Source of the DNA: a virus
Reading direction: 5' to 3' (one strand)
Length of the DNA stretch: 38,568 nucleotides
IMG/VR virus record: IMGVR_UViG_3300045988_147631
Coordinates: 1 to 38,568 of that record
Shown one piece after another: positions 33,244-38,568 of this stretch. The notes under the pieces were generated by a model. It was not told the origin of the DNA. It saw only the letters and a list, made by a program, of their open reading frames with translations, and did not search any database. The position numbers and the translations under genes are program-made. The first letter of the stretch is position 1, and each line of letters starts with the position of its first letter.

Positions 33244-33999
33244 ATGGCAGAAGGGTGGATAAAACTTCATAGAGCAATTCAAGAACATTGGTTATGGGAT
33301 GATGAACCCTTCACTAGAGGACAAGCATTTATAGATTTATTATTAATGGTAAATCATAAAGATAAAAAAATAATGTTTAATGGTGAATTAATTGAAGTGA
33401 AAAAGGGTTCAAAAATAACATCATTAAGACAACTAAGTGACAGATGGAAGTGGAGCACAAACAAAGTAAAAAAATATTTAGAGCAGTTACAAAAAGATGG
33501 GATGATTAATTATAAAAGTGATAATAAAAAAACACTTCTAACTATTGAAAACTATGGGGTTTACCAAGGGCAAGGAAACACAGAAGAAACACAAAAGGAA
33601 CACAGAAGTGACACAGAAGAAAATCAAAAGAAATTCAAAAGTGATGCAGAAGAAAATCAAAAGAAATTCAAAAGTGATGCAGAAGAAAATCAAAAGAAAA
33701 CAAACAAGAATGATAAAGAATATATAAAGAATGTTAAAGAAAGAGAAGAATGGGAAGAAGGAGAAGAAGAAAAGGCCCCTTCACTTCAGCCCCTTTCATT
33801 CCCAACAGAGACACATAAAAAGTTTTATGAGCAATGGGGAGAAGTTGCATATAGAACATGGTTTTATGACTCAGTAGTAGTTGAAGGTGAAATTATTACT
33901 ATATCATCACAAGATAATTTTAAAAATAAAATTTTAGAAAGTAAATACAAAAAGGATTTAGAACTACTAACAGGAAAGAAAATTGGAATAGGTGGTTAA
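33244..33999 (+). CDS. Phage replisome organizer / replication initiator (winged-helix N-terminus)
   Basis: GWIKLHRAI..HWLW..EPFTRGQAFIDLLLM...ITSLRQLSDRWKWSTNKVKKYLEQLQKDGMI. Internal tandem repeats. Confidence 0.6.
   Translation: MAEGWIKLHRAIQEHWLWDDEPFTRGQAFIDLLLMVNHKDKKIMFNGELIEVKKGSKITSLRQLSDRWKWSTNKVKKYLEQLQKDGMINYKSDNKKTLLTIENYGVYQGQGNTEETQKEHRSDTEENQKKFKSDAEENQKKFKSDAEENQKKTNKNDKEYIKNVKEREEWEEGEEEKAPSLQPLSFPTETHKKFYEQWGEVAYRTWFYDSVVVEGEIITISSQDNFKNKILESKYKKDLELLTGKKIGIGG
33578..33698 (+). repeat. Tandem repeats inside the replisome organizer gene (candidate lytic origin iterons)
   Basis: A 33-bp unit CAGAAGAAAATCAAAAGAAATTCAAAAGTGATG at 33614 and 33647, a partial copy at 33680, and ACACAGAAG at 33578, 33600 and 33611. 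Confidence 0.8.
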
Positions 34000-34186
34000 A
34001 TTGAAAGCTTGGGAAAGTATGACTAATGCTGAAAGAGCAGAGCAAACTTATAGAGATATAAAGTTAACGCAAGAAAGAAGAAGGATAGGAGTTAGGGAAG
34101 CTGATACTTTCATGTTCACACAAATAAATAACGCTAAGAAAAAAAGAGATAAAATTATATCTAAGAAATATAGACGAAGGTGGTAA
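33992..34186 (+). CDS. Hypothetical basic protein
   Basis: ORF. Start uncertain: GTG 33992, TTG 34001 after AGGTGG, or ATG 34019. Confidence 0.4.
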   Translation: MVKLKAWESMTNAERAEQTYRDIKLTQERRRIGVREADTFMFTQINNAKKKRDKIISKKYRRRW

Positions 34187-34188
34187 AC

Positions 34189-34491
34189 GTGAACTTCGAA
34201 GATGAATACAAAGAAGAAGCTAGACAATATATAAGCATTGTTAAGAGATTTGGAGCGTTGCAGGAAAATGATATAAGAGAGTCTTATAAGTTAATGCTAG
34301 AAGCGTTGCAGGCTTACAATCGCTGGAGCAAGATTAAGCTAGATATAAAGAAAGATCTAAAAAGGGGAGAAAAGTCAGCGTTAAAAGAGAGGCTTGAAGA
34401 AATATGTAAATATCTTAAAGAAGTTCATACAACTTCGAGAATGATTTGGAGCAAAGCCAAAGATGATTTAAAAGTTAATAGAGAAGAATAA
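34189..34491 (+). CDS. Hypothetical protein
   Basis: GTG 34189 is 6 nt after AGGTGG. The track start at 34180 overlaps the RBS. Confidence 0.45.
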   Translation: MNFEDEYKEEARQYISIVKRFGALQENDIRESYKLMLEALQAYNRWSKIKLDIKKDLKRGEKSALKERLEEICKYLKEVHTTSRMIWSKAKDDLKVNREE

Positions 34492-34502
34492 GGAGTAAGA
34501 AA

Positions 34503-34616
34503 ATGAGTTTTGTAAAAGAAAGTGATTTATTAGAATTTAAAAAGTTTTGCGAGGATAGAAATATAAAACCTACTTTTGCTAATTATATTGTTTGGAAGGA
34601 CAAATATAGAGAATGA
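34503..34616 (+). CDS. Hypothetical protein (37 aa)
   Basis: ATG follows AAGGAG. Stop overlaps the rusA start (ATGA). Confidence 0.35.
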   Translation: MSFVKESDLLEFKKFCEDRNIKPTFANYIVWKDKYRE

Positions 34617-35014
34617 TAGTTGTCGAAGGAAAGATAAAAGGAAAAGCGAGACCACGCTTTAACACTCAGAATGGAAAGGCGTTTACGCCAAAAGATACTA
34701 TTACATATGAGAATTGGATAAAGTGTTGTTATAGAGAACAGTCGGGAAAATGGCTAGAAGGAGCTATAAGGGCGAGAATAGAGGTTTACTATAAAATACC
34801 TAAGTCGTACACAAAAAAACGCGTACAAGCGATAAGAGCTGGGTTAGAAATGCCTTTGAAGAAGCCTGACGCTGATAATGTAGCAAAAATAGTGTTAGAT
34901 AGCTTAAATAAAATAGCTTTTGATGATGACGCGCAGGTAGTAGAGTTAACAGTTATAAAAAGATGGACCGAAGAAACGGAAAGAATAGAGTTTGAACTGG
35001 AGGAAGTAAGATGA
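34613..35014 (+). CDS. rusA: RusA-family Holliday junction resolvase
   Basis: GKARPRF...PDADNVAKIVLDSLNKIAFDDDAQV motif. Confidence 0.85.
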   Translation: MIVVEGKIKGKARPRFNTQNGKAFTPKDTITYENWIKCCYREQSGKWLEGAIRARIEVYYKIPKSYTKKRVQAIRAGLEMPLKKPDADNVAKIVLDSLNKIAFDDDAQVVELTVIKRWTEETERIEFELEEVR

Positions 35015-35586
35015 AAGTTAGATGTCGCAATAATTTTGGATTAACTAAATTAGAGGTTGGAAAAATTTATGAAGGTGAATTAAAATTCAATGAATGGCTT
35101 GGAGAAGACCGTTGGTATATAAAAGGCTTAGAGGGATTAAACTTTAAAGAACAAGTTTTTGAGATAGTAAAGGATGATAGCATGAAGAAAACATTTAGAG
35201 AAGTAATTGCAGATATTAAAGACGGTGAGGTTTGGGAGAGTGTTCAAGACTGTTATCAACTTAAAGAAATAAGTTGTATAAAAGGAATGATAAATTTTAG
35301 ATTAAAAGGTGTTCTTATAGAAAAAACAGGTAAATCAAATGTTGTCGACACAGGAGAAGGTAGCGGACAAACATTTAAACTACAAAAAAGAAAAGAATAC
35401 TCATTTGAAGAAGCATTTAAGGCTTATGAAGAAGGCAGAGAAATAGAAAGTAAAGTTAGTGATTTTAAATATAAAAAAGGGAATAGAGCAGATTTTCAAG
35501 CAAGTTATTTTACACCAAACAAATGGAATATAAATTTTAATATTGATATAGAAGAAATTCGTGGGAAATGGTACATAAATAATTAA
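35011..35586 (+). CDS. Hypothetical protein
   Basis: ORF with an ATGA overlap. N-terminal ~55 aa are paralogous to the 1840 product. Confidence 0.5.
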   Translation: MKVRCRNNFGLTKLEVGKIYEGELKFNEWLGEDRWYIKGLEGLNFKEQVFEIVKDDSMKKTFREVIADIKDGEVWESVQDCYQLKEISCIKGMINFRLKGVLIEKTGKSNVVDTGEGSGQTFKLQKRKEYSFEEAFKAYEEGREIESKVSDFKYKKGNRADFQASYFTPNKWNINFNIDIEEIRGKWYINN

Positions 35587-35602
35587 TTAGGGGGAATAGA
35601 GT

Positions 35603-36001
35603 ATGAACAAAGTAATAATTGTCGGAAGATTAACTAAGGATCCGGAACTAAAGTATACGCCGGGCGACGGTACTGCAGTTTGTAGATTTACTGTTGCTAT
35701 AAACAGACAATTTAAAAAAGATGAAACTGATTTTATAAACTGTGTAGCATTTGGAAAGACTGGAGAAACAATTGCTCAATACTTTACAAAGGGTAGACAA
35801 ATAGCACTTGCAGGAAATATAAGAACTGGAAGTTATCAAGCGCAAGACGGAACAAAAATGTATACAACAAATGTGATTATAGAAAATTTTGAGTTTGTAG
35901 GAAATAATTCAAATAATCAAAGTACGTGGAGTGAGCAAGATAATTCAGATGGAAGTTTTGAAGATATGACGCCAGTAGATGATGGGGATATGCCCTTTTG
36001 A
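35603..36001 (+). CDS. ssb: Single-stranded DNA-binding protein
   Basis: MNKVIIVGRLTKDPELKYTPGDGTAVCRFTVAINR OB-fold and the acidic tail DDGDMPF. Confidence 0.9.
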   Translation: MNKVIIVGRLTKDPELKYTPGDGTAVCRFTVAINRQFKKDETDFINCVAFGKTGETIAQYFTKGRQIALAGNIRTGSYQAQDGTKMYTTNVIIENFEFVGNNSNNQSTWSEQDNSDGSFEDMTPVDDGDMPF

Positions 36002-36009
36002 GGAGAATA

Positions 36010-36114
36010 ATGGATAAAAAGTATGAATTATTAAGATATAGCTATTATGGTAGGAACTACAATAGCATTAGCAATTATCTATGTATTTACAAATTTGTTA
36101 GGGGGGATATATGA
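36010..36114 (+). CDS. Possible small ORF (34 aa)
   Basis: ATG after GAGGAG. Stop overlaps the next start (ATATGA). The sequence is not convincing. Confidence 0.2.
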   Translation: MDKKYELLRYSYYGRNYNSISNYLCIYKFVRGDI

Positions 36115-36266
36115 ATATAGTTTTTTATATATTAATTTTAATTTTTATGATTATTATTTACTTCTTTCTTTCATTTCTTTTTGGTGGAATAGGAAGTTTA
36201 GCAAGTAAATCATTTAATAAGTTTAAGGAAAATATATCAGATAAAAAGGAGAAAGAAAATGAGTAA
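36111..36266 (+). CDS. Small membrane protein (51 aa), translationally coupled to the SPFH gene
   Basis: MNIVFYILILIFMIIIYFFLSFLFGGIGSLASK plus a charged tail. GGGGGG RBS. Overlaps the 36259 ATG. Confidence 0.45.
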   Translation: MNIVFYILILIFMIIIYFFLSFLFGGIGSLASKSFNKFKENISDKKEKENE

Positions 36267-37083
36267 GACACTAGGTGGAGTTTTAGCAGGAATTATATTA
36301 ATAGGGGGAGTAGCTGGTTCATTAATTTGCACAGAAAAGATACCAGCGGGATATGTAGGAGTGCAATATTCAATGAACGGTGGGATAAAAGATGAAATAT
36401 TAACACAAGGATGGCATATTGTAAGCCCAATGAAAAAGGTTACTTTATATTCAGTAGCAACAGAAACGTTTGTAATGAGTCAAGATGAAAGAGCTGGATC
36501 AAAAGATAATGAAAGCTTTGATTTAACTTGCAGCGATGGTGTTGTAAATGTAGATTTTGAAATGCAATATAATTTTGATGCAAATCAAGTAACAAATATT
36601 TTCACTAAGTATAGAGGTGTTAATGGAGAAACTGTAATTTCAACAAATCTAAGAAGTAAAATAAAAACTATAGCTAATGAAGTGTTATCAAGATATACGG
36701 TTCTTGAAGCACATTTAGAAAAGAAAGCAGAGGTTAATAAGGCGTTAACAGAAGCGTTAAGAGAAGAACTAGGTAAGTTAGGTATATTTGTAGAAAGTGC
36801 TACATTACCAGCTACAAGAGTTTCTGAAAGTATTCAAAATTCAATTAATGCAAGAACTCAAAAGGCACAAGAACTTGAGGCTGAAAAGTTAAATCAAGAG
36901 AAAGCATTACTAGAACAGGAAACAGCTAGAATAAATGCTGAAACAGAAAAGATTAAAAATGAGGAAATTTCTAAATCATTAACTAAAGAAATGCTTATGA
37001 AAATGGCTATTGAAAAATGGGACGGAAAGTTAAGCACAGTTAATGGAAGTGGAGTAAACCCAATATTCAATGTAGGTGAATAG
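36259..37083 (+). CDS. SPFH/band-7 (prohibitin/flotillin-like) membrane protein
   Basis: N-terminal TM, then IPAGYVGVQYS...GWHIV band-7 core, then a Glu/Lys/Ala coiled coil. Confidence 0.75.
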   Translation: MSKTLGGVLAGIILIGGVAGSLICTEKIPAGYVGVQYSMNGGIKDEILTQGWHIVSPMKKVTLYSVATETFVMSQDERAGSKDNESFDLTCSDGVVNVDFEMQYNFDANQVTNIFTKYRGVNGETVISTNLRSKIKTIANEVLSRYTVLEAHLEKKAEVNKALTEALREELGKLGIFVESATLPATRVSESIQNSINARTQKAQELEAEKLNQEKALLEQETARINAETEKIKNEEISKSLTKEMLMKMAIEKWDGKLSTVNGSGVNPIFNVGE

Positions 37084-37149
37084 AAATGAAATATATAAGA
37101 GTTATATAATTAACTCTTATATAAAATATGATTTTTTAGGAGAGTGTAA

Positions 37150-37338
37150 TGCAAGAATTATTTTTAATCATATTAGCGATACTTTTCATAGGAAATATTC
37201 AAATAAAGATAGGCAAATTTGAAATAAAAGTGATTGGAATTATTTCAAAGGTTTTTGATTTACTTTAAAAACATAAAAATAGAAGTGGAGAAAATAGATA
37301 ATGAAAATAATAGATATAGATTTAAAAGAAAATGGTAA
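37150..37338 (+). CDS. Small membrane protein (62 aa by hand translation)
   Basis: ATG 6 nt after GGAG. MQELFLIILAILFIGN hydrophobic N-terminus. Not in the supplied ORF track, so the coordinates need verifying. Confidence 0.35.
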
Positions 37339-37870
37339 AAAGTATTTTTGTAAGCAGGCAAATGAAGTCTTTAAAGTAGAAGAAGGTAATTTAATAGCTG
37401 CAACAAGAAGTTTTAGCATGGCTGAATTATTAAAAATGGACTTTGAGGAAATTGAAGAAATGAAAAACCCTTATAAACAAGCTGGATACGGAGAGAGGTA
37501 TCATTGCATATATGGATACACGATTCATTTAAATACAGATAGCAATCATGAAATTGATAATAAACTATTTTCAACGGCAAACTATTTCAACAATAAAGAA
37601 TATGCTAAATATGTTGCTTTTAAAGAAACTTTAATGAGAAGAATGGATAGATTCGCTTGGGAGAATAATGAAAAAGTTATTGATTGGTATGACTGTTCTA
37701 CAAAATATTATATTAAATTTGAAATTGACATTAAAAAATTTAGAATTTCTAGGTGTATATCATTTATGTCAAATGATATATATTTTACATCAGAAGAAAT
37801 CGCTGAAAAAGCATTAAAAAAGTTTAAAGATGATTTGATGAAACTTTATACTTGGAAGTTTGATTTGTAG
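37301..37870 (+). CDS. Hypothetical protein
   Basis: ORF with a GGAG RBS. Confidence 0.5.
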   Translation: MKIIDIDLKENGKKYFCKQANEVFKVEEGNLIAATRSFSMAELLKMDFEEIEEMKNPYKQAGYGERYHCIYGYTIHLNTDSNHEIDNKLFSTANYFNNKEYAKYVAFKETLMRRMDRFAWENNEKVIDWYDCSTKYYIKFEIDIKKFRISRCISFMSNDIYFTSEEIAEKALKKFKDDLMKLYTWKFDL

Positions 37871-37893
37871 GGAAATGTAAAAAAATAAAGCAA

Positions 37894-37919
37894 TGGTACC
37901 GACATTAATGTCGGTACCA
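37894..37919. repeat. Perfect 26-bp palindrome TGGTACCGACATTAATGTCGGTACCA
   Basis: Read directly. G+C-rich arms. No T-run follows on the plus strand. Confidence 0.9.
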
Positions 37920-37935
37920 AAAGGGGGGAGAAGAA

Positions 37936-38142
37936 ATGGTTTATAGATTTAATAAAGAAAATTTTAATAAAAATGCCTCAAAAAATGTTAAAGAGAAAAT
38001 TAAATATATACTTGATGAAATAGAAAATAAAGAAGTTGAGTTTGATGAAGACAATAACGGAACAATAAAAATCGATTGGTATGGCGTAGAGCATGAACTT
38101 TATCCAGTGCAGAAGAGCTGGTGTATTGAAACTGATATTTAA
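37936..38142 (+). CDS. Hypothetical protein
   Basis: ORF with an AAGGGGGGAG RBS. Confidence 0.5.
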   Translation: MVYRFNKENFNKNASKNVKEKIKYILDEIENKEVEFDEDNNGTIKIDWYGVEHELYPVQKSWCIETDI

Positions 38143-38160
38143 TGAATATATTGCGAAATT
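38143..38160 (+). repeat. Intergenic direct repeat TGAATATATTGCGAA(A)TT, copy 1
   Basis: 15 nt are identical to 38387-38401. Sits between a stop codon and the next RBS. Confidence 0.85.
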
Positions 38161-38176
38161 TATAGGAGATGATTAA

Positions 38177-38377
38177 ATGAATGTAGTAAAAGTATATTTA
38201 AAAGAAGTTCATGAAGAAAAGCCTTATACTACTGAATGGTTCAAACAATTTTCTGATAAAGAGTTTGTTAAAGTTACTGCAACTTGGATAAGTTTTGGTG
38301 TGGAGTGCAAGAAAACAATTGTGCTTAACACCAAACTTTGGAAACAAATAAAAGAGCAGGGATATTATTTGGGGTAA
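38177..38377 (+). CDS. Hypothetical protein
   Basis: ORF with a TAGGAGA RBS. Confidence 0.5.
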   Translation: MNVVKVYLKEVHEEKPYTTEWFKQFSDKEFVKVTATWISFGVECKKTIVLNTKLWKQIKEQGYYLG

Positions 38378-38386
38378 CTAATAACT

Positions 38387-38404
38387 TGAATATATTGCGA
38401 ATTA
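38387..38404 (+). repeat. Intergenic direct repeat, copy 2
   Basis: See 38143-38160. Confidence 0.85.
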
Positions 38405-38418
38405 ATGGAGTGATAAGC

Positions 38419-38568
38419 TTGGATTTAAAAATAATGACATCTACAGGTAATGAATGGTATAGCAAGTGTATAGGAGAAAGATTTACCATTCACTCTGAAA
38501 GTAAAAAAGGTGGTAAAGGTAAATATGTTGTAAGAATACCTAAACACCTTAGATGGCTTATGAATGGC
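38419..38568 (+). CDS. Hypothetical protein, 5' part (continues at 1-207 across the circular junction)
   Basis: TTG 38419 is 8 nt after GGAG, with an alternative ATG at 38434. The frame runs into the 99-bp overlap. Confidence 0.55.
   Translation, partial: MDLKIMTSTGNEWYSKCIGERFTIHSESKKGGKGKYVVRIPKHLRWLMNG
38470..38568. repeat. Terminal direct overlap, identical to 1-99
   Basis: Same as above. Confidence 0.95.

Larger units (their letters stand above)
1..38469. mobile_element. Complete circular temperate siphovirus-type phage genome (unit 38,469 bp) with plasmid-type maintenance genes (phage-plasmid candidate)
   Basis: Packaging, head, tail, lysis, lysogeny and replication modules close on themselves. 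Bases 1-99 equal 38470-38568. No recombinase-sized unexplained ORF on either strand. Confidence 0.8.

Noticed and set aside
33545-33727. 60-aa alternative-frame ORF inside the replisome organizer gene
   Set aside because: It is created by the 33-bp tandem repeat and reads as repeated KKIKRNSKVMQ. It has no RBS and is nested in a gene with a coherent frame.
914-35845. Antisense ORFs in the supplied track: 914-1123, 2387-2641, 3819-4019, 6011-6259, 7910-8122, 8672-8878, 9834-10034, 13396-13659, 15430-15669, 20670-20945, 21156-21410, 22992-23285, 24249-24560, 30471-30680, 32246-32437 and 35648-35845 on minus; 26541-26783 and 27514-27708 on plus
   Set aside because: Each lies wholly or largely opposite a well-supported gene, lacks an RBS, and has the Ser/Leu/Phe/Ile-rich low-complexity composition typical of shadow frames in AT-rich DNA.
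36046-36207. 53-aa ORF starting MVGTTIALAIIYVF in the SSB-to-SPFH spacer
   Set aside because: It has no RBS. Its second half reads as low-complexity junk (YINFNFYDYYLLLSF). It overlaps, in another frame, the better-supported 36111-36266 membrane ORF.
37093-37130. AT-only hairpin (ATATAAGAGTTA/TAACTCTTATAT) after the SPFH gene as a terminator
   Set aside because: The stem is almost all A-T and the T-run is separated from it by about 10 nt. It is too weak to call.

Overview
This AT-rich window (roughly 30% G+C by eye, not computed) holds one complete, circularly closed genome of a temperate siphovirus-type phage. The host is probably a low-GC Firmicute, Clostridium-like, judging from a BhlA/UviB-type holin, an amidase+SPOR endolysin and a Spo0E-like gene. 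Bases 1-99 are identical to 38470-38568, so the unit is 38,469 bp and the window start cuts through an ORF.

Gene order:
- 268-3117: small early/middle genes, ending in an ArpU/RinA-like late activator.
- 3371-9191: HNH endonuclease, candidate cos region, P27-type TerS, TerL, and HK97-type portal, protease and capsid.
- 9193-17566: connector and tail genes, including a G/GT -1 frameshift and a 1253-aa tape measure.
- 17571-24210: an unusually long distal-tail/host-range cluster. It has a collagen-like fibre, a fibre with an S74 chaperone domain, and two terminator-insulated paralogous receptor-binding-like proteins built from a repeated ~75-aa module I cannot name.
- 24289-25294: lysis genes.
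- 25351-29939: a leftward maintenance/lysogeny block with no integrase. It carries a small membrane protein plus a 62-aa ORF, a ParR-like RHH protein, a ParM-like actin ATPase, a parC-like iteron region, a winged-helix/DnaD-type Rep with a DnaA-domain-I-like C-terminus, and two XRE genes.
- 30250-38568 (wrapping to 207): the rightward early operon, with Cro-like, antirepressor, Spo0E-like, Gam-like, ERF, a replisome organizer with internal iterons, RusA, SSB and an SPFH protein.

Main hypothesis: this is a phage-plasmid, an episomal prophage. Its plasmid replicon appears to be controlled by a small HTH protein plus a countertranscript in the rep leader, and it may carry a hok/sok-like stability cassette.

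All functional calls come from by-eye motif recognition. No database search was possible.
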